From assembly GCF_009914755.1 (NCBI RefSeq), contig NC_060926.1: a stretch of 64,000 nucleotides of DNA. One strand, given 5' to 3'. The position numbers were made by a program, and so were the translations under genes. Within the stretch, counting starts at the first letter, position 1. The number at the start of each line of letters is the position of its first letter. Shown piece by piece: positions 39,301-52,100 of the stretch. The stretch is from the human T2T-CHM13v2.0 reference genome, Homo sapiens. The notes beneath the pieces are model-generated. The model was given only the letters and a program-made list of their open reading frames with translations. It ran no database searches and had not been told where the DNA came from.

Positions 39301-40107
39301 CAGAGTTGAACCTTTCTTTTGAGAGAGCAGTTTTGAAACACTCTTTTTGTGGAATCTGCAAGTGGATATTTGTCTAGCTTTGAGGATTTCGTTGGAAACG
39401 GGATTACATATAAAAAGCAGACAGCAGCATTCCCAGAAACTTCTTTGTGATGTTTGCATTCAAGTCACAGAGTTGAACATTCCCTTTCATAGAGCAGGTT
39501 TGAAACACTCTTTTTGTAGTATCTGGATGTGGACATTTGGAGCGCTTTCAGGCCTATGGTGAAAAAGGAAATATCTTCCCCTGAAAACTAGACAGAAGCA
39601 TTCTCAGAAACTTATTTGTGATGTGCGCCCTCAACTAACAGTGTTGAAGCTTTCTTTTGATAGAGCAGTTTTGAAACACTCTTTTTGTAATATCTGCAAG
39701 AGGATATTTGGATAGCTTTGATGATTTCGTTGGAAACGGGATTGTCTTCATATAAACTCTAGACAGAAGCATTCTCAGAAGCTTCATTGGGATGCTTCAA
39801 TTGATGTCACAGTGTTGAACAGTTCCTTTCATAGAACAGGTTTGAAACACTCTTTTTGTAGTATCTGGAAGTGGACATTTGGAGCGCTCTCTGGACTATG
39901 GTGAAAAAGGAAATATCTTCCAATAAAAGCTACATAGAAGCAATGTCAGAAACTTTTTCATGATGTATCTACTCAGCTAACAGAGTTGAACCTTTCCTTT
40001 GAGAGAGCAGTTTTGAAACACTCTTTTTGTGGAATCTGCAAGTGGATATTTGTCTAGCTTTGAGGATTTCGTTGGAAACGGGATTACATATAAAAAGCAG
40101 ACAGCAG
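36028..40107 (+). repeat. Three tandem copies of an SNV-defined 1360-bp 8-mer
   Basis: BglII-type m1 (36370, 37730, 39090) alternates with agttcc/gaacagg-type m1 (37050, 38410, 39770). The m3 allele aatcttgattg starts at 36028, 37388 and 38748. Confidence 0.87.
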
Positions 40108-43100
40108 CATTCCCAGTAACTTCTTTGTGATGTTTGCATTCAAGTCACAGAGTTGAACATTCCCTTTCATAGAGCAGGTTTGAAACACTCTTTTTGTAGT
40201 ATCTGGATGTGGACATTTGGAGCGCTTTCAGGCCTATGGTGAAAAAGGAAATATCTTCCCCTGAAAACTAGACAGAAGAATTCTCAGAATCTTATTTGTG
40301 ATGTGCGCCCTCAACTAACAGTGTTGAAGCTTTCTTTTGATAGAGCAGTTTTGAAACACTCTTTTTGTTAAATCTGCAAGAGGATATTTGGATAGCTTTG
40401 AGGATTTCGTTGGAAACGGGATTGTCTTCATATAAACTCTAGACAGAAGCATTCTCAGAAGCGTCATTGGGATGTTTCAATTGAAGTCACAGTGTTGAAC
40501 AGTCCCTTTCATAGAGCAGGTTTGAAACACTCTTTTTGTAGTATCTGGATGTGGACATTTGGAGCGCTTTCAGGCCTATGGTTTAAAAGGAAATATCTTC
40601 CCCTGAAAACTAGACAGAAGCATTCTCAGAAACTTATTTGTGATGTGCGCCCTCAACTAACAGTGTTGAAGCATTCTTTTGATAGAGCAGTTTTGAAACA
40701 CTCTTTTTGTGGAATCTGCAAGTGGATATTTGTCTAGCTTTGAGGATTTCGTTGGAAACGGGATTACATATAAAAAGCAGACAGCAGCATTCCCAGAAAC
40801 TTCTTTGTGATGTTTGCATTCAAGTCACAGAGTTGAACATTCCCTTTCATAGAGCAGGTTTGAAACACTCTTTTTGTAGTATCTGGATGTGGACTTTTGG
40901 AGCGCTTTCAGGCCTATGGTGAAAAAGGAAATATCTTCCCCTAAAAACTAGACAGAAGCATTCTCAGAATCTTATTTGTGATGTGCGCCCTCAACTAACA
41001 GTGTTGAAGCTTTCTTTTGATAGAGCAGTTTTGAAACACTCTTTTTGTAAAATCTGCAAGAGGATATTTGGATAGCTTTGAGAATTTCGTTGGAAACGGG
41101 ATTGTCTTCATATAAACTCTAGACAGAAGCATTCTCAGAAGCTTCATTGGGATGTTTCAATTGAAGTCACAGTGTTGAACAGTCCCTTTCATAGAGCAGG
41201 TTTGAAACACTCTTTTTGTAGTATCTGGAAGTGGACATTTGGAGCGCTCTCAGGACTGCGGTGAAAAAGGAAATATCTTCCAATAAAAGCTAGATAGAAG
41301 CAATGTCAGAAACTTTTTCATGATGTATCTACTCAGCTAACAGAGTTGAACCTTCCTTTGAGAGAGCAGTTTTGAAACACTCGTTTTGTGGAATCTGCAA
41401 GTGGATATTTGTCTAGCTTTGAGGATTTCGTTGGAAACGGGATTACAAATAAAAAGCAGACAGCAGCATTCCCAGAAACTTCTTTGTGATGTTTGCATTC
41501 AAGTCACAGAGTTGAACATTCCCTTTCATAGAGCAGGTTTGAAACACTCTTTTTGTAGCATCTGGATGTGGACATTTGGAGCGCTTTGAGGCCTATGGTG
41601 AAAAAGGAAATATCTTCCCCTGAAAACTAGACAGAAGCATTCTCAGAAACTTATTTGTGATGTGCGCCCTCAACTAACAGTGTTGAACCTTTCTTTTGAT
41701 AGAGCAGTTTTGAAACACTCTTTTTGTAATATCTGCAATAGGATATTTGGATAGCTTTGAGGATTTCGTTGGAAACGGGATTACATATAAAAAGCAGACA
41801 GCAGCATTCCCAGAATCTTGATTGTGATGTTTGCATTCATGTCACAGAGTTGAACATTCCCTTTCAGAGAGCAGGTTTGAAACACTCTTTTTATAGTATC
41901 TGGATGTGGACATTTGGAGCGCTTTCAGGCCTATGGTGAAAAAGGAAATATCTTCTCCTGAAAACTAGACAGAAGCATTCTCAGAATCTTATTTGTGATG
42001 TGCGCCCTCAACTAACAGTGTTGAAGCTTTCTTTTGATAGAGCAGTTTTGAAACACTCTTTTCGTAAAATCTGCAAGAGGATATTTTGATAGCTTTGAGG
42101 ATTTCGTTGGAAACGGGATTGTCTTCATATAAACTCTAGACAGAAGCATTCTCAGAAGCTTCATTGGGATGTTTCAATTGAAGTCACAGTGTTGAACAGT
42201 CCCTTTCATAGAGCAGGTTTGAAACACTCTTTTTGTAGTATCTGGAAGTGGACATTTGGAGAGATCTCAGGAATACGGTGATAAAGGAAATATCTTCCAA
42301 TAAAAGCTAGATAGAAGCAATGTCAGAAACTTTTTCATGATGTATCTACTCAGCTAACAGAGTTGAACCTTTCTTTTGAGAGAGCAGTTTTGAAACACTC
42401 TTTTTGTGGAATCTGCAAGTGGATATTTGTCTAGCTTTGAGGATTTCGTTGGAAACGGGATTACATATAAAAAGCAGACAGCAGCATTCCCAGAAACTTC
42501 TTTGTGATGTTTGCATTCAAGTCACAGAGTTGAACATTCCCTTTCATAGAGCAGGTTTGAAACACTCTTTTTGTAGTATCTGGATGTGGACATTTGGAGC
42601 GCTTTCAGGCCTATGGTGAAAAAGGAAATATCTTCCCCTGAAAACTAGACAGAAGCATTCTCAGAAACTTATTTGTGATGTGCGCCCTCAACTAACAGTG
42701 TTGAAGCTTTCTTTTGATAGAGCAGTTTTGAAACACTCTTTTTGTAATATCTGCAAGAGGATATTTGGATAGCTTTGAGGTTTTCGTTGGAAACGGGATT
42801 GTCTTCATATAAAATCTAGACAGAAGCATTCTCAGAAGCTTCATTGGGATGTTTCAATTGAAGTCACAGTGTTGAACAGTTCCTTTCATAGAACAGGTTT
42901 GAAACACTCTTTTTGTAGTATCTGGAAGTGGACATTTGGAGCGCTCTCAGTACTATGGTGAAAAAGGAAATATCTTCCCCTGAAAACTAGACAGAAGCAT
43001 TCTCAGAAACTTATTTGTGATGTGCGCCCTCAACTAACAGTGTTGAAGCATTCTTTTGATAGAGCAGTTTTGAAACACTCTTTTTGTGGAATCTGCAAGT

Positions 43101-46100
43101 GGATATTTGTCTAGCTTTGAGGATTTCGTTGGAAACGGGATTACATATAAAAAGCAGACAGCAGCATTCCCAGAAACTTCTTTGTGATGCTTGCATTCAA
43201 GTCACAGAGTTGAACATTCCCTTTCATAGAGCAGGTTTGAAACACTCTTTTTGTAGTATCTGGATGTGGACATTTGGAGCGCTTTCAGGCCTATGGTGAA
43301 AAAGGAAATATCTTCCCCTGAAAACTAGACAGAAGCATTCTCAGAAACTTATTTGTGATGTGCGCCCTCAACTAACAGTGTTGAACCTTTCTTTTGATAG
43401 AGCAGTTTTGAAACACTCTTTTTGTAATATCTGCAAGAGGATATTTGGATAGCTTTGAGGATTTCGTTGGAAACGGGATTGTCTTCATATAAACTCTAGA
43501 CAGAAGCATTCTCAGAAGCTTCATTGGGATGTTTCAATTGAAGTCACAGTGTTGAACAGTCCCTTTCATAGAGCAGGTTTGAAACACTCTTTTTGTAGTA
43601 TCTGGAAGTGGACATTTGGAGAGATCTCAGGAATACGGTGATAAAGGAAATATCTTCCAATAAAAGCTAGATAGAAGCAATGTCAGAAACTTTTTCATGA
43701 TGTATCTACTCAGCTAACAGAGTTGAACCTTTCTTTTGAGAGAGCAGTTTTGAAACACTCTTTTTGTGGAATCTGCAAGTGGATATTTGTCTAGCTTTGA
43801 GGATTTCGTTGGAAACGGGATTACATATAAAAAGCAGACAGCAGCATTCCCAGAAACTTCTTTGTGATGTTTGCATTCAAGTCACAGAGTTGAACATTCC
43901 CTTTCATAGAGCAGGTTTGAAACACTCTTTTTGTAGTATCTGTATGTGGACATTTGGAGCGCTTTCAGGCTTATGGTGAAAAAGGAAATATCTTCCCCTG
44001 AAAACTAGACAGAAGCATTCTCAGAAACCTATTTGTGATGTGCGCCCTCAACTAACAGTGTTTAACCTTTCTTTTGATAGAGCAGTTTTGAAACACTCTT
44101 TTTGTAATATCTGCAAGAAGATATTTGGATAGCTTTGAGGATTTCGTTGGAAACGGGATTGTCTTCATATAAACTCTAGACAGAAGCATTCTCAGAAGCT
44201 TCATTGGGATGTTTCAATTGAAGTCACAGTGTTGAACAGTTCCTTTCATAGAACAGGTTTGAAACACTCTTTTTGTAGTATCTGGAAGTGGACATTTGGA
44301 GCGCTCTCAGGACTACGGTGAAAAAGGAAATATCTTCCAATAAAAGCTACATAGAAGCAATGTCAGAAAGTTTTTCATGATGTATCTACTCAGCTAACAG
44401 AGTTGAACCTTTCCTATGAGAGAGCAGTTTTGAAACACTCTTTTTGTGGAATCTGCAAGTGGATATTTGTCTAGCTTTGAGGATTTCGTTGGAAACGGGA
44501 TTACATATAAAAAGCAGACAGCAGCATTCCCAGTAACTTCTTTGTTATGTTTGCATTCAAGTCTGAGAGTTGAACATTCCCTTTCATAGAGCAGTTTTGA
44601 AACACTCTTTTTGAAGTATCTGGATGTGGACATTTGGAGCGCTTTCAGGCCTATGGTGAAAAAGGAAATATCTTCCCCTGAAAACTAGACAGAAGCATTC
44701 TCAGAAACTTATTTGTGATGTGCGCCCTCAACTAACAGTGTTGAACCTTTCTTTTGATAGAGCAGTTTTGAAACACTCTTTTTGTAATATTTGCAAGAGG
44801 ATATTTGGATAGCTTTGAGGATTTCGTTGGAAACGGGATTGTCTTCATATAAACTCTAGACAGAAGCATTCTCAGAAGCTTCATTGGGATGTTTCAATTG
44901 AAGTCACAGTGTTGAACAGTCCCTTTCATAGAGCAGGTTTGAAACACTCTTTTTGTAGTATCTGGAAGTGGACATTTGGAGCGCTCTCAGGACTACGGTG
45001 ATAAAGGAAATATCTTCCAATAAAAGCTAGATAGAAGGAATGTCAGAAACTTTTTCATAATGTATCTACTCAGCTAAGAGAGTTGAACCTTTCTTTTGAG
45101 AGAGCAGTTTTGAAACACTCTTTTTGTGGAATCTGCAAGTGGATATTTGTCTAGCTTTGAGGATTTCGTTGGAAACGGGATTACATATAAAAAGCAGACA
45201 GCAGCATTCCCAGAATCTTCTTTGTGATGTTTGCATTCAAGTCAGAGAGTTGAACATTCCCTTTCTTAGAGCAGGTTTGAAACACTCTTTTTGTAGTATC
45301 TGGATGTGGACATTTGGAGCGCTTTCAGGCCTATGGTGAAAAAGGAAATATCTTCCCCTGAAAACTAGACAGAAGCATTCTCAGAATCTTATTTGTGATG
45401 TGCGCCCTCAACTAACAGTGTTGAAGCTTTCTTTTGATAGAGCAGTTTTGAAACACTCTTTTTGTAAAATCTGCAAGAGGATATTTGGATAGCTTTGAGG
45501 ATTTCGTTGGAAACGGGATTGTCTTCATATAAACTCTAGACAGAAGCATTCTCAGAAGCTTCATTGGGATGTTTCAATTGAAGTCACAGTGTTGAACAAT
45601 CCCTTTCATAGAGTAGGTTTGAAACACTCTTTTTTTAGTATCTGGAAGTGGACATTTGGAGCGCTCTCAGGACTGCGGTGAAAAAGGAAATATCTTCCAA
45701 TAAAAGCTAGATAGAAGCAATGTCAGAAACTTTTTGATGATGTATCTACTCAGCTAACAGAGTTGAACCCTCATTTGAGAGAGCAGTTTTGAAACACTCG
45801 TTTTGTGGAATCTGCAAGTGGATATTTGTCTAGCTTTGAGGATTTCGTTGGAAACGTGATTACATATAAAAAGCAGACAACAGCATTCCCAGAAACTTCT
45901 TTGTGATGTTTGCATTCAAGTCACAGAGTTGAACATTCCCTTTCATAGAGCAGGTTTGAAACACTCTTTTTGTAGTATCTGGATGTGGACATTTGCAGCG
46001 CTTTCAGGCCTAAGGTGAAAAAGGAAATATCTTCCCCTGAAAACTAGACAGAAGCATTCTCAGAAACTTTTTTGTGATGTGCGCCCTCAACTAACAGTGT

Positions 46101-49100
46101 TGAAGCTTTCTTTTGATAGAGCAGTTTTGAAACACTCTTTTTGTAATATCCGCAAGAGGATATTTGGATAGCTTTGAGGATTTCGTTGGAAACGGGATTG
46201 TCTTCATATATACTCTAGACAGAAGCATTCTCAGAAGCTTCATTGGGATGTTTCAATTGAAGTCACAGTGTTGAACAGTCCCTTTCATAGAGCAGGTTTG
46301 AAACACTCTTTTTGTAGTATCTGGAAGTGGACATTTGGAGAGATCTCAGGAATACGGTGATAAAGGAAATATCTTCCAATAAAAGCTAGATAGAAGCAAT
46401 GTCAGAAACTTTTTCATGATGTATCTGCTCAGCTAACAGAGTTGAACCTTTCTTTTGAGAGAGCAGTTTTGAAACAATCTTTTTGTGGAATCTGCAAGTG
46501 GATATTTGTCTAGCTTTGAGGATTTCGTTGGAAACGGGATTACATATAAAAAGCAGACAGCAGCATTCCCAGAAACTTCTTTGTGATGTTTGCATTCAAG
46601 TCACAGAGTTGAACATTCCCTTTCATAGAGCAGGTTTGAAACACTCTTTTTGTAGTATCTGGATGTGGACATTTGGAGCGCTTTCAGGCCTATGGTGAAA
46701 AAGGAAATATCTTCCCCTGAAAACTAGACAGAAGCATTCTCAGAAACTTATTTGTGATGTGCGCCCTCAACTAACAGTGTTGAAGCTTTCTTTTGATACA
46801 GCAGTTTTGAAACACTCTTTTTGTAATATCTGCAAGAGGATATTTGGATAGCTTTGAGGATTTCGTTGGAAACGGGATTGTCTTCATATAAACTCTAGAC
46901 AGAAGCATTCTCAGAAGCTTCATTGGGATGTTTCAATTGAAGTCACAGTGTTGAACAGTTCCTTTCATAGAACAGGTTTGAAACACTCTTTTTGTAGTAT
47001 CTGGAAGTGGACATTTGGAGCGCTCTCAGGACTATGGTGAAAAAGGAAATATCTTCCAATGAAAGCTACATAGAAGCAATGTCAGAAACTTTTTCATGAT
47101 GTATCTACTCAGCTAACAGAGTTGAACCTTTCCTTTGAGAGAGCAGTTTTGAAACACTCTTTTTGTGGCATCTGCAAGTGGATATTTGTCTAGCTTTGAG
47201 GATTTCGTTGGAAACGGGATTACATATAAAAAGCAGACAGCAGCATTCCCAGTAACTTCTTTGTGATGTTTGCATTCAAGTCACAGAGTTGAACATTCCC
47301 TTTCATAGAGCAGGTTTGAAACACTCTTTTTGTAGTATCTGGATGTGGACATTTGGAGCGCTTTCAGGCCTATGGTGAAAAAGGAAATATCTTCCCCTGA
47401 AAACTAGACAGAAGAATTCTCAGAATCTTATTTGTGATGTGCGCCCTCAACTAACAGTGTTGAAGCTTTCTTTTGATAGAGCAGTTTTGAAACACTCTTT
47501 TTGTTAAATCTGCAAGAGGATATTTGGATAGCTTTGAGGATTTCGTTGGAAACGGGATTGTCTTCATATAAACTCTAGACAGAAGCATTCTCAGAAGCGT
47601 CATTGGGATGTTTCAATTGAAGTCACAGTGTTGAACAGTCCCTTTCATAGAGCAGGTTTGAAACACTCTTTTTGTAGTATCTGGATGTGGACATTTGGAG
47701 CGCTTTCAGGCCTATGGTTTAAAAGGATATATCTTCCCCTGAAAACTAGACAGAAGCATTCTCAGAAACTTATTTGTGATGTGCGCCCTCAACTAACAGT
47801 GTTGAAGCATTCTTTTGATAGAGCAGTTTTGAAACACTCTTTTTGTGGAATCTGCAAGTGGATATTTGTCTAGCTTTGAGGATTTCGTTGGAAACGGGAT
47901 TACATATAAAAAGCAGACAGCAGCATTCCCAGGAACTTCTTTGTGATGTTTGCATTCAAGTCACAGAGTTGAACATTCCCTTTCATAGAGCAGGTTTGAA
48001 ACACTCTTTTTGTAGTATCTGGATGTGGACCTTTGGAGCGCTTTCAGGCCTATGGTGAAAAAGGAAATATCTTCCCCTGAAAACTAGACAGAAGCATTCT
48101 CAGAATCTTATTTGTGATGTGCGCCCTCAACTAACAGTGTTGAAGCTTTCTTTTGATAGAGCAGTTTTGAAACACTCTTTTTGTAAAATCTGCAAGAGGA
48201 TATTTGGATAGCTTTGAGCATTTCGTTGGAAACGGGATTGTCTTCATATAAACTCTAGACAGAAGCATTCTCAGAAGCTTCATTGGGATGTTTCAATTGA
48301 AGTCACAGTGTTGAACAGTCCCTTTCATAGAGCAGGTTTGAAACACTCTTTTTGTAGTATCTGGAAGTGGACATTTGGAGCGCTCTCAGGACTACGGTGA
48401 AAAAGGAAATATCTTCCAATAAAAGCTACATAGAAGCAATGTCAGAAACTTTTTCATGATGTATCTACTCAGCTAACAGAGTTGAACCTTCCTTTGAGAG
48501 AGCAGTTTTGAAACACTCGTTTTGTGCAATCTGCAAGTGGATATTTGTCTAGCTTTGAGGATTTCGTTGGAAACGGGATTACATATAAAAAGCAGACAGC
48601 AGCATTCCCAGAAACTTCTTTGTGATGTTTGCATTCAAGTCACAGAGTTGAACATTCCCTTTCATAGAGCAGGTTTGAAACACTCTTTTTGTAGTATCTG
48701 GATGTGGACATTTGCAGCGCTTTCAGGCCTATGGTGAAAAAGGAAATATCTTCCCCTGAAAACTAGACAGAAGCATTCTCAGAAACTTATTTGTGATGTG
48801 CGCCCTCAACTAACAGTGTTGAAGCTTTCTTTTGATAGAGCAGTTTTGAAACACTCTTTTTGTAATATCTGCAAGAGGATATTTGGATAGCTTTGAGGAT
48901 TTCGTTGGAAACGGGATTGTCTTAATATAAACTCTAGACAGAAGCATTCTCAGAAGCTTCATTGGGATGTTTCAATTGAAGTCACAGTGTTGAACAGTTC
49001 CTTTCATAGAACAGGTTTGAAACACTCTTTTTGTAGTATCTGGAAGTGGACATTTGGAGCGCTCTCAGGACTATGATGAAAAAGGAAATATCTTCCAATG

Positions 49101-52100
49101 AAAGCTACATAGAAGCAATGTCAGAAACTTTTTCATGATGTATCTACTCAGCTAACAGAGTTGAACCTTTCCTTTGAGAGAGCAGTTTTGAAACACTCTT
49201 TTTGTGGAATCTGCAAGTGGATATTTGTCTAGCTTTGAGGATTTCGTTGGAAACGGGATTACATATAAAAAGCAGACAGCAGCATTCCCAGTAACTTCTT
49301 TGTGATGTTTGCATTCAAGTCACAGAGTTGAACATTCCCTTTCATAGAGCAGGTTTGAAACACTCTTTTTGTAGTATCTGGATGTGGACATTTGGAGCGC
49401 TTTCAGGCCTATGGTGAAAAAGGAAATATCTTCCCCTGAAAACTAGACAGAAGAATTCTCAGAATCTTATTTGTGATGTGCGCCCTCAACTAACAGTGTT
49501 GAAGCTTTCTTTTGATAGAGCAGTTTTGAAACACTCTTTTTGTTAAATCTGCAAGAGGATATTTGGATAGCTTTGAGGATTTCGTTGGAAACGGGATTGT
49601 CTTCATATAAACTCTAGACAGAAGCATTCTCAGAAGCGTCATTGGGATGTTTCAATTGAAGTCACAGTGTTGAACAGTCCCTTTCATAGAGCAGGTTTGA
49701 AACACTCTTTTTGTAGTATCTGGATGTGGACATTTGGAGCGCTTTCAGGCCTATGGTTTAAAAGGAAATATCTTCCCCTGAAAACTAGACAGAAGCATTC
49801 TCAGAAACTTATTTGTGATGTGCGCCCTCAACTAACAGTGTTAAAGCATTCTTTTGATAGAGCAGTTTTGAAACACTCTTTTTGTGGAATCTGCAAGTGG
49901 ATATTTGTCTAGCTTTGAGGATTTCGTTGGAAACGGGATTACATATAAAAAGCAGACAGCAGCATTCCCAGAAACTTCTTTGTGATGTTTGCATTCAAGT
50001 CACAGAGTTGAACATTCCCTTTCATAGAGCAGGTTTGAAACACTCTTTTTGTAGTATCTGGATGTGGACCTTTGGAGCGCTTTCAGGCCTATGGTGAAAA
50101 AGGAAATATCTTCCCCTGAAAACTAGACAGAAGCATTCTCAGAATCTTATTTGTGATGTGCGCCCTCAACTAACAGTGTTGAAGCTTTCTTTTGATAGAG
50201 CAGTTTTGAAACACTCTTTTTGTAAAATCTGCAAGAGGATATTTGGATAGCTTTGAGAATTTCGTTGGAAACGGGATTGTCTTCATATAAACTCTAGACA
50301 GAAGCATTCTCAGAAGCTTCATTGGGATGTTTCAATTGAAGTCACAGTGTTGAACAGTCCTTTCATAGAGCAGGTTTGAAACACTCTTTTTGTAGTATCT
50401 GGAAGTGGACATTTGGAGCGCTCTCAGGACTGCGGTGAAAAAGGAAATATCTTCCAATAAAAGCTACATAGAAGCAATGTCAGAAACTTTTTCATGATGT
50501 ATCTACTCAGCTAACAGGGTTGAACCTTCCTTTGAGAGAGCAGTTTTGAAACACTCGTTTTGTGGAATCTGCAAGTGGATATTTGTCTAGCTTTGAGGAT
50601 TTCGTTGGAAACGGGATTACATATAAAAAGCAGACAGCAGCATTCCCAGAAACTTCTTTGTGATGTTTGCATTCAAGTCACAGAGTTGAACATTCCCTTT
50701 CATAGAGCAGGTTTGAAACACTCTTTTTGTAGTATCTGGATGTGGACATTTGCAGCGCTTTCAGGCCTATGGTGAAAAAGGAAATATCTTCCCCTGAAAA
50801 CTAGACAGAAGCATTCTCAGAAACTTATTTGTGATGTGCGCCCTCAACTAACAGTTTTGAAGCTTTCTTTTGATAGAGCAGTTTTGAAACACTCTTTTTG
50901 TGGAATCTGCAAGTGGATATTTGTCTAGCTTTGAGGATTTCATTGGAAACGGGATTACATATAAAAAGCAGACAGCAGCATTCCCAGAAACTTCTTTGTG
51001 ATGTTCGCATTCAAGTCACACAGTTGAACATTCCCTTTCATAGAGCAGGTTTGAAACACTCTTTTTGTAGTATCTGGATGTGGACATTTGGAGCGCTTTC
51101 AGGCCTATGGTGAAAAAGGATATATCTTCCCCTGAAAACTAGACAGAAGCATTCTCAGAAACTTATTTGTGATGTGCGCCCTCAACTAACAGTGTTGAAC
51201 CTTTCTTTTCATAGAGCAGTTTTGAAACACTCTTTTTGTAATATCTGCAAGAGGATATTTGGATAGCTTTGAGGATTTCGTTGGAAACGGGATTGTCTTC
51301 ATATAAACTCTAGACAGAAGCATTCTCAGAAGCTTCATTGGGATGTTTCAATTGAAGTCACAGTGTTTAACAGTCCCTTTCATAGAGCAGGTTTGAAACA
51401 CTCTTTTTGTAGTATCTGGAAGTGGACATTTGGAGAGATCTCAGGAATACGGTGATAAAGGAAATATCTTCCAATAAAAGCTAGATAGAAGCAATGTCAG
51501 AAACTTTTTCATGATGTATCTACTCAGCTAACAGAGTTGAACCTTTCTTTTGAGAGAGAGCAGTTTTGAAACACTCTTTTTGTGGAATCTGCAAGTGGAT
51601 ATTTGTCTAGCTTTGAGGATTTCGTTGGAAACGGGATTACATATAAAAAGCACACAGCAGCATTCCCAGAAACTTCTTTGTGAAGTTTGCATTCAAGTCA
51701 CAGAGTTGAACATTCCCTTTCATAGAGCAGGTTTGAAACACTCTTTTTGTAGTGTCTGTATGTGGACATTTGGAGCGCTTTCAGGCCTATGGTGAATAAG
51801 GAAATATCTTCCCCTGAAAACTAGACAGAAGCATTCTCAGAATCTTATTTGTGATGTGCGCCCTCAACTAACAGTGTTGAAGCTTTCTTTTGATAGAGCA
51901 GTTTTGAAACACTCTTTTTGTAAAATCTGCAAGAGGATATTTGGATAGCTTTGAGGATTTCGTTGGAAACGGGATTGTCTTCATATAAACTCTAGACAGA
52001 AGCATTCTCAGAAGCTTCATTGGGATGTTTCAATTGAAGTCACAGTGTTGAACAGTTCCTTTCATAGAACAGGTTTGAAACACTCTTTTTGTAGTATCTG

